Shown: positions 49,346-60,677, numbered from the stretch's first letter. The stretch is 64,000 nt of DNA from Candidatus Tayloriibacteriota bacterium (GCA_028286725.1 JAQBQZ010000007.1:71262-135261), one strand, 5' to 3'. Numbers and translations are program-made. Notes: a model not told the origin generated them from the sequence alone.

Positions 49346-50278
49346 TTATTCGTTTGATGCTTCCAATGCGTTCTTGCCTGATGTGATCTCGATAAGTTCC
49401 TTTGTGATCTGTGCTTGTCTTTCTTTGTTGTATTTGATCGTAAGACTGCTTATCATATCTTTCGCATTTTCGGAGGCATTCTTCATTGCCAGCATTCTGG
49501 CCGAATGCTCCGAAGCATTGGCTTCGAGGATGCTGTGATAGACCTCGAGTTCCACAAGCTTTGGTACAAGCTCGTGAATAATCTCTTCAGGACTTGATTC
49601 GAAAGAGTAGAGAGCATCATCTTTGAAGCTTGCTTTAAGTTCTGAATACTTTCCAGATTCAGGGATAATGTTCGCTACTACTTGTTCGAGAGTTTCTTTG
49701 TGAAGAGGGAGAAGAGGTCGTACAACAACTTCCTGCTTCAAAGCAGAGATAAAGTTTGTGTAAACGATATCGATTTTTGAATATTTCTTTTCAATAAAAA
49801 GATTGATGACAAAGTCTGAGATTTCTTTTGCTTCTGCAAGTGTTCCAAGATCTCCGACACCTTCAAATCCTTTTGCGATTGTGAGTCCTTTTCGCGCAAA
49901 ATAATCACGGCCTTTTTTACCGACTGCAACAATGTCTACTTTTTGATTTGAACTTGCAATAAGTTTTTCTGACTTTTTGATGACGTTTGAGTTGAATGCG
50001 CCTGCAAGACCTTTGTCAGAACTGATAACAACGAGGCATTCTGATTTTGAGTTAATTTTTGAATCAAAAAGGGGAGAAAGATTTTTGATATCTGTCTCTG
50101 TATTCTTCTCGATCTTTTTCAAAATGTTTAAAGCATAAAGCGCGTAGAGCCGGCCACTTATTGCAATAGCCTCACTCTTTCGCATTTTGACAGCAGAAAC
50201 AGCCTGCATCGCTTTTGTAATCTGCTGGATGTTTTTTGTAGACTTTATTCTGCTTTTGATTGCTCTTGCTCCAGCCAT
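49346..50278 (-). CDS. atpG: ATP synthase gamma
   Basis: ITKAM..VSA.K, SDKGLAG, SEHSARM, RQAQITKEL. Confidence 0.97.
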   Translation of the reverse strand: MAGARAIKSRIKSTKNIQQITKAMQAVSAVKMRKSEAIAISGRLYALYALNILKKIEKNTETDIKNLSPLFDSKINSKSECLVVISSDKGLAGAFNSNVIKKSEKLIASSNQKVDIVAVGKKGRDYFARKGLTIAKGFEGVGDLGTLAEAKEISDFVINLFIEKKYSKIDIVYTNFISALKQEVVVRPLLPLHKETLEQVVANIIPESGKYSELKASFKDDALYSFESSPEEIIHELVPKLVELEVYHSILEANASEHSARMLAMKNASENAKDMISSLTIKYNKERQAQITKELIEITSGKNALEASNE

Positions 50279-50323
50279 AGTGATTAAATTTTAAGATTTA
50301 AATATTTACGAATAAATACAAAA

Positions 50324-51850
50324 TTATTTGTTGAAATAATTAGTTGTAAAATCAGCGATGATTTCCTTCAAAGAGTTTTCTGTCGCTTCGATCATCTGAT
50401 TTTCTTTGTGAACACTTTCGATAATCTCTTTGTGACTTGTTCGGAGGAATGAGATAAGTTTTGCTTCGTATTCTCGAATCTTTGATACTTCAACGACGTC
50501 TGCAAATCCTTTTGAGATAGCGTAGATTGCTATTGCTTGTTCTTCAAATGACTGACCTGCGAACTGTGACTGCTTCAAGAGTTCTGTAAGTCGTGAACCT
50601 CGATCAAGCTGTCGCTTTGTAGCTGGATCCAAGTCTGAACCAAACTGTGCGAATGCTTCAAGTGATCGGTACTGTGCAAGATCAAGCTTCATACCTCCAG
50701 AAACTTTCTTCATCGCTTTTACCTGTGCAGATGATCCCACTCGAGATACAGAAAGTCCAACGTTAATAGCGGGTCGAATACCTTTAAAGAAAAGTTCAGT
50801 TTCGAGAAATACCTGTCCATCAGTAATTGAAATTACGTTTGTTGGAATGTATGCAGAAATATCTCCAAGCTGTGTTTCGATGATAGGGAGAGCTGTGATA
50901 GATCCACCTCCAAATTCTTTTGACAATCGTCCTGCTCGTTCGAGAAGTCGTGAGTGTAGGTAGAATACGTCTCCAGGGTATGCTTCTCGTCCTGGTGGTC
51001 GCTTCAAAAGAAGTGAGATTTGTCTGTATGCCCAAGCGTGCTTTGAGAGATCATCATAAATCACGAGCACATCTTTGCCTTGTGCCATAAAATATTCTGC
51101 AATAGTACATCCTGTAAATGGAGCGAGGTACTGAAGCGCTGCAGGATCAGATGCAGAAGCTGAAACGATAACTGTATAGTCCATCGCACCTTCCTTTTTT
51201 AATCTTTCTACAAGCTGTGCAACTTTTGATTCTTTTTGACCGATCGCAACATATACACAAATAGTTGGAGTTTTTTCTCTTTTCTGGTGAATGATCGCGT
51301 CGATTGCGATAGCTGTCTTTCCAGTCTGTCGATCACCAATGATGAGCTGTCGCTGTCCACGACCAATTGGGATCATTGCATCGATTGCTTTGATACCTGT
51401 GTGCATCGGCTGGTTAACACCTTCGCGTGTGATAACTCCAGGAGCGATCTTTTCGAGAGGGTAGCGAGTTGCTGATTTGATCTCTGGTCCTCCATCTTTT
51501 GAAGTACCAAGTCCACCGAGCACTCGTCCGATCACAGAATCATCAACATTCACAGAAAGAGTTTGTCCTGTACTGTTTACAACACCACCTTCTTTGATAC
51601 CTGATCCATCACCGAGGAGAATTGCACCAACAGAATCTTCTTCGAGGTTCAATGCTACTCCTTGAATAGTCATTCCTTTTGAGTCAATAAAGTCGAGCAT
51701 TTCGTTATATGCTACATTTCCGAGTCCAGAAATCGTAACTACTCCGTCAGCAAATTTTGTTACTCTTCCTGTGTGGGCTACCTTGGCGTCAGTTTTGATA
51801 CCTGTGATTTCTCGTTTGATTGTGTCGATGATTGATTCTTTGTTGTTCAT
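50324..51850 (-). CDS. atpA: ATP synthase alpha
   Basis: GDRQTGKT, PPGREAYPG, PAINVGLSVSRVG; start is ATG 51850. Confidence 0.98.
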   Translation of the reverse strand: MNNKESIIDTIKREITGIKTDAKVAHTGRVTKFADGVVTISGLGNVAYNEMLDFIDSKGMTIQGVALNLEEDSVGAILLGDGSGIKEGGVVNSTGQTLSVNVDDSVIGRVLGGLGTSKDGGPEIKSATRYPLEKIAPGVITREGVNQPMHTGIKAIDAMIPIGRGQRQLIIGDRQTGKTAIAIDAIIHQKREKTPTICVYVAIGQKESKVAQLVERLKKEGAMDYTVIVSASASDPAALQYLAPFTGCTIAEYFMAQGKDVLVIYDDLSKHAWAYRQISLLLKRPPGREAYPGDVFYLHSRLLERAGRLSKEFGGGSITALPIIETQLGDISAYIPTNVISITDGQVFLETELFFKGIRPAINVGLSVSRVGSSAQVKAMKKVSGGMKLDLAQYRSLEAFAQFGSDLDPATKRQLDRGSRLTELLKQSQFAGQSFEEQAIAIYAISKGFADVVEVSKIREYEAKLISFLRTSHKEIIESVHKENQMIEATENSLKEIIADFTTNYFNK

Positions 51851-51928
51851 AAATATGTATTGTGTTGATAATTTTTTTTGCAAACGCTAATTTTAAATTA
51901 TTTTAAAACTTCCGTTTGCAAAAACTTT

Positions 51929-52297
51929 TTACTTTCGTAGCGCGTTTATCTTTGATGAAACACTGCTATCAATAATGTAATCTCCGATCTTTATGATACT
52001 TCCACCCAAAAGAGAAGGATTTGCTTTTGTTGTAACAACAAGCTTTTTGCCTTTGATTTCCTTTGGAAGATTGATCTCTTCTCCGTCTACAGTTTGAACC
52101 TCAGCATTCAAGACATTGTGTCTTTTGTCCCAGAGGTTACCAAAGTGCGCGAGTATCTCGTTTACTTTTGAGAGCTTTGCATCTTTGGTAACAGATTCAA
52201 TGAATTCACCGACAATTTGCTTTGACTCGGCATCGCTTTTAGACCCGGCAAGCGCCTGGTCCAAAACTTTCGCATATTGTTTGAGTAATAATTTCAT
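51929..52297 (-). CDS. atpH: ATP synthase delta (short)
   Basis: YAK.L, PSLLGG.IIKIGD..IDSS. Confidence 0.85.
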   Translation of the reverse strand: MKLLLKQYAKVLDQALAGSKSDAESKQIVGEFIESVTKDAKLSKVNEILAHFGNLWDKRHNVLNAEVQTVDGEEINLPKEIKGKKLVVTTKANPSLLGGSIIKIGDYIIDSSVSSKINALRK

Positions 52298-52301
52298 CTA
52301 T

Positions 52302-52820
52302 TTATTTTATGAATGATTCAACTTTGAGAGTTTCTTTTGTTGCTTCATCGTTAAGCTTCTGTTTTGCACCGCTATCAAGGTACTTACCAACAGTTGCTTC
52401 AATTGCTGTTGCAACAACAGAGACGATCTCTTTTCGAATCTCTGCGTCTCTTTTGCTTTGATCTGCCATAAGCCTTGCTTCCGCTTCTTTAACTATTTTT
52501 TCTGCGTGGTTATGCGCATCTATCTCGAGTTTGTTTCGAAGCTCTTTCGCAGAAATTTCTGCATCTTTCAAAAGCTTTGCGCCGTTTGCACGCGCTTCTG
52601 CGAGAACTTTTTCTTCAAGTTCTTTGATCTCTTGAAGCTTTGCTTCAATTGAAGAAGATTTTTCTTCCGCATCTTTTACCATTGCTGTCCGGTCATCAAG
52701 TACTTTGAGAAGTGGCTTGTAGACAAGTTTAAATAGTACAAAAGCCAAAATCCCAAAGTTGATGATCTGGGCGATGAGAAGCTTCCATTCTATTCCGAAC
52801 GAGTGGATAAATGATTCCAT
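52302..52820 (-). CDS. atpF: ATP synthase subunit b
   Basis: QIINF.IL..VL.KL.YKP....L..R followed by coiled coil. Confidence 0.93.
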   Translation of the reverse strand: MESFIHSFGIEWKLLIAQIINFGILAFVLFKLVYKPLLKVLDDRTAMVKDAEEKSSSIEAKLQEIKELEEKVLAEARANGAKLLKDAEISAKELRNKLEIDAHNHAEKIVKEAEARLMADQSKRDAEIRKEIVSVVATAIEATVGKYLDSGAKQKLNDEATKETLKVESFIK

Positions 52821-52966
52821 AATAATTTTCTGTTTTATTCTTTAAGAATTAAGCTGTTTTCAAAATTTCTAAATAGTTCTGATTCGTATTTTGTAACTGT
52901 ACTAAATGTACTGTGGAAAAATATGAATCCAAGAAATGCGACGAAATTTTGGGAACCGACTAATTC

Positions 52967-53239
<273 letters not shown>

Positions 53240-53362
53240 TTACTAATAATTATCGAGCTTTTAAGCCCTTTATAGAGAATATGATATCAAAAAACACAAT
53301 AAAACAAAAGGAAAGAGGGGGTAGACAAAACATTGTAATTGTGAGGTAAATTAGTGCTTTTT

Positions 53363-53407
53363 TATAAATCATAACCACAAACTTTAGGTCTGTGGTTATG
53401 ATTTATA
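53363..53407. terminator. Hairpin between atpB and atpE
   Basis: tataaatcataaccaca...tgtggttatgatttata. Confidence 0.65.
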
Positions 53408-53429
53408 TTCAAAAATTTAAATATTTAAA

Positions 53430-54179
53430 TTAGTGCTCCTGATGATGTGCCTCAGTTGATCCAGCCATGAACATCATTGCAAGAACTGCGAATACGAGAG
53501 CCTGAATGAATCCTACGAAAAGCTCAAGACCTAGAAATGGAACTGGGATCACGTATGGGACAAGAAAAGTCACAATAAGCATGAGCACCGATCCAGCAAA
53601 TATGTTACCAAAAAGTCGGAATGTGAGAGATACGATTCGAGAGATCTCTCCAATAGCTTCAAGGATACCAACAAAGAAACCAATCGGACTCTTGAGAGGG
53701 TTTACCAAGAATTTGTCAAAATGGTGTCGGCCGAGGTGCTTCAAACCTACAAGATGAGAACCGATAACTACAATGATCGCAAGCGCGAGTGTCATGTTAA
53801 GGTCTGAGTTTGCAGTACGGAAAAACGGCACAAAGACTTCGTGACCATCTTCCATCATGTAATAACCAATAGATTCAATACCAGGGACCGTTCCGATCCA
53901 GTTTGAGATAAGTACGAGAAAGAAAATCGTTGCTACAAGAGGGAGGAATTTTCGTACATTTTTTCGTCCTCCTGCAAAACTATCCATGAATTCCATGAAT
54001 TGCTCAAGAACTATTTCACCGAGAGCCTGGAATCGTCCAGGGACCTTTTTGATTTTTTTGTAAAAAATAGCTGACAGAACAATTATCAAAACAATCACTA
54101 ATATATTAGTGAGGAATGCATTTGTGATTGCAACTCCGCCGATCTCGAAAAGTTTTTCTGGAGAAATGGATATATGCAT
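53430..54179 (-). CDS. atpB: ATP synthase subunit a
   Basis: SLTFRLFGNIFAG, ELFVGFIQALVF. Confidence 0.96.
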   Translation of the reverse strand: MHISISPEKLFEIGGVAITNAFLTNILVIVLIIVLSAIFYKKIKKVPGRFQALGEIVLEQFMEFMDSFAGGRKNVRKFLPLVATIFFLVLISNWIGTVPGIESIGYYMMEDGHEVFVPFFRTANSDLNMTLALAIIVVIGSHLVGLKHLGRHHFDKFLVNPLKSPIGFFVGILEAIGEISRIVSLTFRLFGNIFAGSVLMLIVTFLVPYVIPVPFLGLELFVGFIQALVFAVLAMMFMAGSTEAHHQEH

Positions 54180-54182
54180 AAA

Positions 54183-54440
54183 TTATTTAAGAAATTTTTT
54201 GATCTTTGTTAACAAAATAATACTTGTTGATATGAGTGAAAGAATGAGTCCTATGATAAGACAGAGTGGGCTTGTTTTGAGATTTTTGTCGAGAAGTACT
54301 CCAACAAATACAAATCCAGCTAAAGGAATTGCGATCGAAAATCCTACTTCAGTAGCAAAAGAGATAAGTTCGGCAGTTGTCATAGGTGCCTTTGTCTCAA
54401 ATACGCTCGGTTTTACTTCGTTATTTTCTTCCTTTTCCAC
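54183..54440 (-). CDS. AtpZ/AtpI-family membrane protein
   Basis: GFSIAIPL....F.G..LDK.L.T.P; probable GTG start at 54440. Confidence 0.8.
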   Translation of the reverse strand: MEKEENNEVKPSVFETKAPMTTAELISFATEVGFSIAIPLAGFVFVGVLLDKNLKTSPLCLIIGLILSLISTSIILLTKIKKFLK

Positions 54441-54497
54441 ATCACGATTATAAATTAAAACCCTATATTTCGCAATGTTTTGTGGTATTATATTCAA

Positions 54498-55019
54498 ATG
54501 TCACAACCTCGCCATAAACACATTCCAAACGAACTAAAGTCAAAACCAGATTCAAACTTTGAGGCGTTGGCGCTCCGTGTTACAAAGTGGATCGGTTCAC
54601 CATCATCTATTATATTTCACACAGTATTCTTTATTGCGTGTTTTCTTGTCGGGTGGATGTTTAATGAAATAGATCATATGCTTCTTTTTCTTACAACCGT
54701 TGTGTCACTCGAAGCGATCTATCTTGCAATCCTCATTCAGCTTACTGTGAACAGAAATACTGAGAATCTCGTAAAAGTCGGAGAGGACATTGATGAAATT
54801 CAAGAAGATATCGATGAGATCCAGGAGGATGTCGGAGAGATTCAGACTGATGTTGATGAGATTCAAGAAGATATCGACGAGATTCAGACTGATGTTGATG
54901 AGATTGAAGAAGGTGATACAGTGGAAGAAAAAAGAGATAAAGAAATTAAAGCGACTGTAGAAAGTATTCAGAAATCTCTCGAACACTTGATGAAAGAAAT
55001 AAACAGTATTAAAAAATAA
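54498..55019 (+). CDS. DUF1003-like membrane protein with acidic heptad repeats
   Basis: WIGS..S...H, LTTVVSLEAIYLAI.IQ; six DIDEIQE-like units. Confidence 0.8.
   Translation: MSQPRHKHIPNELKSKPDSNFEALALRVTKWIGSPSSIIFHTVFFIACFLVGWMFNEIDHMLLFLTTVVSLEAIYLAILIQLTVNRNTENLVKVGEDIDEIQEDIDEIQEDVGEIQTDVDEIQEDIDEIQTDVDEIEEGDTVEEKRDKEIKATVESIQKSLEHLMKEINSIKK
54786..54911 (+). repeat. Six 21-bp tandem units encoding D(I/V)(D/G)EI(Q/E)(E/T)
   Basis: gatatcgatgagatccaggag-type units. Confidence 0.9.
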
Positions 55020-55034
55020 CAGATTTAACACAAA

Positions 55035-55379
55035 ATGACTGAAGGTAAAGTGCTCAAAGGAGATAAAAGTGCGACAAAATTAGGCTTTCCAACTGCGAAT
55101 ATAACTAATAAAGACAATGTTTTGCCGGGAATTTATGCTGGACATGTTATTTTGGCAGGGGAAACTTTTGATGCGGTGCTCTACGTGGGCAAAAAACGAA
55201 AAGAAATACTCGAAGCTCATATTCTCGATTTCAAAAAAAATATTTATGGAAAGACAATTCAAGTTGAAGTGATAGAAAAAATACGAGACGATGAAAATAT
55301 TTCTGATGTCGGATTACTCAAAGAAAAAATAGAAAAAGATACTATGGATGCATGGGCAATTCTTTTTGGGCATAAATAA
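55035..55379 (+). CDS. Stand-alone riboflavin kinase domain
   Basis: G.V..G.....LGFPTAN, GIYAG, EAHILDF, IRD; no FAD synthetase domain. Confidence 0.88.
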   Translation: MTEGKVLKGDKSATKLGFPTANITNKDNVLPGIYAGHVILAGETFDAVLYVGKKRKEILEAHILDFKKNIYGKTIQVEVIEKIRDDENISDVGLLKEKIEKDTMDAWAILFGHK

Positions 55380-55625
55380 AATATAGAAATTAATCCTCTA
55401 AAGTTTTATCTATCGTTATGCAATATGATTATATTTTGCAGATTATAGAAATTACTTAATGTCTCAGTGATTTGCAGAATGATATAAATTAAACTAATAT
55501 TGCATAACAAGAAAAGTTTGGTTTTTCAAAATTTAAGCTGAATATTGATTAATAAGTACAGCAGTTTGTTTAATATGTAAAGTTCATATACCAAACTTTT
55601 TAATAGATAAAATTTTCTAGGATAA

Positions 55626-56219
55626 ATGTTTACAGGAATAATTCAAAAGAAAGCAAAAATAAAAAGTATCAGAAAAGAAAACGAAATCTTGGTTGTGAGT
55701 TTTGAGTTGCCAAAAAAGTTTGATATCAAAAATGGTGCAAGTATTTCCATAAATGGAGTGTGTTCAACTATTACTTCTTTTACAAAAAGTGAATTCAAGG
55801 TGGGATATATGAAGGAGACCTTGAACAAAACAAATGTGAGTGGATGGAAAATAAACGACTCTGTGAATCTTGAACCAAGTCTTCGGCTTGGAGATACTCT
55901 CGATGGACACTTTGTGTATGGACATATTGATACTGTGGGTACAATAAAAACCATAACAAAACAAGGAGATTCTCAAGTTTTTGAGATCAGTATTCCAAAA
56001 GAGTTTCTAAAATATCTTGTGTATAAAGGCTCTGTTGCGGTAAATGGAGTGTCTCTCACAGTGTCAGCACGGAATCCAAAAACTTTTAATATCTCTCTAA
56101 TACCGTATACTTTGGAGCACACGAATCTAGGAGATCTTTCGGTAGGCGATAGCGTGAATGTGGAAGTGGATGTAATGGGAAAATATATATTAAATAGCCA
56201 AATAAAAACCAAAAAATAA
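55626..56219 (+). CDS. ribE: Riboflavin synthase
   Basis: N-terminal MFTGII, INGVC.T, GHFVYGHID, NGVSLTV. Confidence 0.95.
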   Translation: MFTGIIQKKAKIKSIRKENEILVVSFELPKKFDIKNGASISINGVCSTITSFTKSEFKVGYMKETLNKTNVSGWKINDSVNLEPSLRLGDTLDGHFVYGHIDTVGTIKTITKQGDSQVFEISIPKEFLKYLVYKGSVAVNGVSLTVSARNPKTFNISLIPYTLEHTNLGDLSVGDSVNVEVDVMGKYILNSQIKTKK

Positions 56220-56220
56220 A

Positions 56221-56679
56221 ATGCAAAGAGGAGAACAAAAAAAAGAAATCAAAAAAGTAAAAGATCTGTCAAAAATAAAAGTTGCACTCGTTGTTTCAGA
56301 ATACAATTCTGATATTACATTTCCGATGCGAGATGGTGCGATAGAAGAATTAAAATTTCATGGAGTAAAAGAGTCGAATGTTGAAGTTGTATATGCGCCC
56401 GGAGCATTTGAAATACCATTTCTCTGCCAGGGATTTGCAAAGACAAAAAAATACAAAGGTATCATTGCTATTGGATGCGTGATAAAGGGGGACACGGATC
56501 ACTACTATCAGATCTCAAATGAATCAACACGAGGAATTATGGATGTGATGTTGAAGCACGATCTCCCAATCACAAACGCGATTCTCACAGTAAACAATCT
56601 CGAACAAGCTAAGATTCGTTCAACAGGAGCAACAAACAAAGGTATAGAAGCAAGTCTTGCTTTACTTAAAGTTATTTAG
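56221..56679 (+). CDS. ribH: 6,7-dimethyl-8-ribityllumazine synthase
   Basis: PGAFEIP, IAIGCVIKGDTDHY, NKG.EA. Confidence 0.95.
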   Translation: MQRGEQKKEIKKVKDLSKIKVALVVSEYNSDITFPMRDGAIEELKFHGVKESNVEVVYAPGAFEIPFLCQGFAKTKKYKGIIAIGCVIKGDTDHYYQISNESTRGIMDVMLKHDLPITNAILTVNNLEQAKIRSTGATNKGIEASLALLKVI

Positions 56680-56690
56680 TTTTCAAGCCA

Positions 56691-56742
56691 GTAAATAAAT
56701 ACAAGAATTGTCACGGTCGTGACAATTCTTGTATTTATTTAC
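56691..56742. repeat. Palindrome with 25-bp perfect arms; core TTGTCACG-GT-CGTGACAA
   Basis: gtaaataaatacaagaattgtcacg gt cgtgacaattcttgtatttatttac. Confidence 0.95.
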
Positions 56743-57208
56743 GGTACTCTTTTGCCAGATTAAAGGTTTTGATAAGTTTATGTAGACCTATTTTTCGCAT
56801 ATATAATTTAAATTCATTTGGTAGTGGTGATGGACCTACCCAAACGCTTTGTTGTATCATTTTAAAATCGTATTCTTTTAGTTGTTTTCTTAACCAGTCT
56901 CGATATATTCTTTGATGTTCTGGAATATCGAACATTAATATTAACTTTCTTGGAGAACCTTTTTTAAAAGGTGATTTGAATTTTTGGAGATTTGTTTTGT
57001 GCTCAGTTAAGTATTTTTTTCCAGCATCGGTTATTTTCCAGGCCTCTTTGTTTTTTATAATTAATCCAGTTTTCTTTAAATGGTAAAGAGTACTTTGAAA
57101 AGAACGTTTATTTTTCTGGTAGGGGACACCAAAAAGATTCACGGTAACACCTTTATAATTTAATGTGGTATTCCAAGCTTCTTCTAAAATATCTAATATG
57201 AGCGACAT
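56735..57208 (-). CDS. Winged-helix + Cas2/PaaX-central-domain-like protein
   Basis: LYHLKKTGLI....WKITDAG (wHTH); LILMFDIPE..R..RDWLR..L....F..IQQSVW (Cas2/PaaX-type ferredoxin fold); start is ATG 57208. Confidence 0.82.
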   Translation of the reverse strand: MSLILDILEEAWNTTLNYKGVTVNLFGVPYQKNKRSFQSTLYHLKKTGLIIKNKEAWKITDAGKKYLTEHKTNLQKFKSPFKKGSPRKLILMFDIPEHQRIYRDWLRKQLKEYDFKMIQQSVWVGPSPLPNEFKLYMRKIGLHKLIKTFNLAKEYRK

Positions 57209-57223
57209 ACAATAATTATAATA

Positions 57224-57265
57224 AAAATACAATTTTTGTCACGGTCGTGACAAAAATTGTATTTT
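57224..57265. repeat. Palindrome with 20-bp perfect arms and the same core, overlapping the promoter of the Cas2/PaaX-like gene
   Basis: aaaatacaatttttgtcacg gt cgtgacaaaaattgtatttt; minus strand GTGACA-N16-TATAAT-N6-ATG. Confidence 0.95.
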
Positions 57266-57288
57266 GGTTTTTCTAAATTTTAAAGCAA

Positions 57289-58230
57289 TTATATTTTATA
57301 TGTTTGTCCTCCTCTTTGTTTGACGCATTCAGCTCCTAGTTTTGATGCGAGAATCATTGATTCTTTTATATCGAGATCATTTACTATTCCATAGATAATT
57401 CCTGCACGATACGCATCTCCAGCACCTGTTGGATCAACAACTTTTTTTACTTTGGGAGTTTTAATTTTTGTTTCTGATATTTCTCCGTCAATCATTTCAT
57501 AGAGAATACTTCCTTCCGTACCTTTTGTTTCGATAATATATGACACTCCGAGACTGAATATTTTTTCTAAATTAATTCCAAAAGAATTTTTGAGATATGA
57601 AAATTCTGAATCGTTTACTATGAGTATGTCTGAATTTTTTAGAGATTTTATAAGTGATTCTTCAGTGAAATCGATTGCGAGCATTTGTCCTGGGTCGAAA
57701 ATAACAAAAGCGTTAGAATTGATTTTACTAAATTCTGAAATCTGCTTTGTAATGCTTTTTGCTGTCCCTGGAGAGAATATTGCACATTTGATTTGTGCGA
57801 GTTCAGTATTTGAAAAATTACTTGAAAGAGAAAGGGAACCTATATGTTTGTTATATGAGCCACCTTGGAAAATACCGAGCTGGTCTTTGTTGGTGTCTGT
57901 CATTCCAAAGAATGTTGCAGTGTAGCCGTCTTTGTCGAGTTTGCCTCGGAATTCTGCTTTGTTATTTTTGAGCCATGCGCTATAGTCTGCAAAATCTTTT
58001 CCAACCACAGAGAGAGCGAATGAAGACTGATTTAAAAGCCCGAGTCCGAAACAGATATTTCCTGCGGTTCCGCCAAAATAGATTTCTTTTTCACGAGCTG
58101 TGAACATGAGATTTTGTTTGCTAGCGATTCCATTTTCAATTCTCACTTGGTCTTTGATAGAACTTCCAAGCTCAAAAATAGTATCAAATACGAGCGAACC
58201 TGATACCAATATATGTGATGTTTTTTTCAT
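57289..58230 (-). CDS. PfkB-family nucleoside (adenosine) kinase
   Basis: GSLVFD, FGGTAGNI, FDPGQ, DPTGAGDAYRAG; adjacent to ahcY. Confidence 0.85.
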   Translation of the reverse strand: MKKTSHILVSGSLVFDTIFELGSSIKDQVRIENGIASKQNLMFTAREKEIYFGGTAGNICFGLGLLNQSSFALSVVGKDFADYSAWLKNNKAEFRGKLDKDGYTATFFGMTDTNKDQLGIFQGGSYNKHIGSLSLSSNFSNTELAQIKCAIFSPGTAKSITKQISEFSKINSNAFVIFDPGQMLAIDFTEESLIKSLKNSDILIVNDSEFSYLKNSFGINLEKIFSLGVSYIIETKGTEGSILYEMIDGEISETKIKTPKVKKVVDPTGAGDAYRAGIIYGIVNDLDIKESMILASKLGAECVKQRGGQTYKI

Positions 58231-58236
58231 TTTAAT

Positions 58237-59496
<1,260 letters not shown>

Positions 59497-59718
59497 TTAA
59501 AGTATTCCTTTTAATTCATCCTGATGCTCCTTTGCTACTTCCATCATTGCATCCATCTGGCTTTTGCCTTGCTTCATTTTCTCCTGTGCTTCGAGCGCGA
59601 TCTTTTGGAAGAGTTCTGGTTTTTCAGTAATAAGTCTCATTATCTTCTCTTTCTGCTCTTCTGGGACATTTTTGAGCTGTCTGTCGAGCATTTTTTTCAT
59701 TATAAAGTCTTTGAACAT
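59497..59718 (-). CDS. Small Met/Lys-rich helical protein
   Basis: MFKDFIMKKML..Q...VP.EQ......P.LFQKIA. Confidence 0.7.
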   Translation of the reverse strand: MFKDFIMKKMLDRQLKNVPEEQKEKIMRLITEKPELFQKIALEAQEKMKQGKSQMDAMMEVAKEHQDELKGIL

Positions 59719-59797
59719 GGGGATTTGTTTTAGTTTTAATGCTACCACTGTATCAAATATTGTGTTCTTTTGGAAGGAAATGTCATATAATCAGAAT

Positions 59798-60622
59798 ATG
59801 AAATTTCATTTTCATTTTAAAGTAATATTCATCATTATTTTCACAACACTCATTGGATTTAGTGTTGCGTTTACGCTTACAAATAGAAACGCAATGAAAT
59901 TTGTTGCTGATGTCATCGACAATCTCTCTCATCCAGAATTCTATCAGGCACTCGCGAACCCATCTGTCAGATATATCAAAGTAGCAGAAGGACTTCGAAA
60001 AGAGGAGATTGAGTCTGCGCTCGATGACAAATTCAATTGGACTGCGACAGACACCGCAGACTTTCTTGGGCACGATGAATACCGACAGAGCAAATTTGAA
60101 GGAAAATATTTCCCCGATGTCTATCTTATTCCTCGGGATGCGAGCGGGGCTGAAGTTAAGCAAATGATGAATCAAAGATTCAATCAAAATTATGCAGAAA
60201 TCAAAAGTTCAATATCAACAAGCACAGTGAATACTGACAAAGTGCTTACTATTGCTTCTATCATTCAGCGAGAAGCTGCGGGCAAGAGTGATATGAATCT
60301 GATCTCAGGAATTATTTGGAACAGGATTTTTAAAGGTATGCCTCTCCAGATGGATGCAACACTTCAATATGTAAAAGGAAATGAAGAAGAATGGTGGCCA
60401 GATGTTCTATCAAAAGATAAAAAATTAGACTCACCTTACAATACATATCAAAATAAGGGACTTCCGCCATCTCCTATTGCGAACGCTGGACTTGCTGCAA
60501 TCACTGCCGCACTCAATCCTCAAAAGACTGATTGCCTTTATTATCTCCATAGCAAAGGGCAAATATACTGCTCAAAAACTTACGCAGAGCATTTAAAAAA
60601 TATTGAGAAGTATTTGAAATAA
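59798..60622 (+). CDS. mltG: Endolytic transglycosylase MltG
   Basis: EG.R.EEI, EG..FPD.Y, ASIIQRE, PLQMDAT, SPYNTY..KGLPP.PI.N; start is ATG 59798. Confidence 0.92.
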   Translation: MKFHFHFKVIFIIIFTTLIGFSVAFTLTNRNAMKFVADVIDNLSHPEFYQALANPSVRYIKVAEGLRKEEIESALDDKFNWTATDTADFLGHDEYRQSKFEGKYFPDVYLIPRDASGAEVKQMMNQRFNQNYAEIKSSISTSTVNTDKVLTIASIIQREAAGKSDMNLISGIIWNRIFKGMPLQMDATLQYVKGNEEEWWPDVLSKDKKLDSPYNTYQNKGLPPSPIANAGLAAITAALNPQKTDCLYYLHSKGQIYCSKTYAEHLKNIEKYLK

Positions 60623-60677
60623 AAAAACCAGCGCGAACAAGTCGTGCTGGATATGTAAAAAAGAACGAAGGGTTTGG

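Noticed and set aside
55380-55625. FMN riboswitch upstream of ribE
   Set aside because: The conserved GC-rich RFN core (AGGGC.GGGTGAAATTCCC) is absent.
56691-57265. CRISPR-Cas locus suggested by the Cas2-like domain and repeats
   Set aside because: Only two repeats ~530 bp apart, no spacer array and no cas1 or effector genes.
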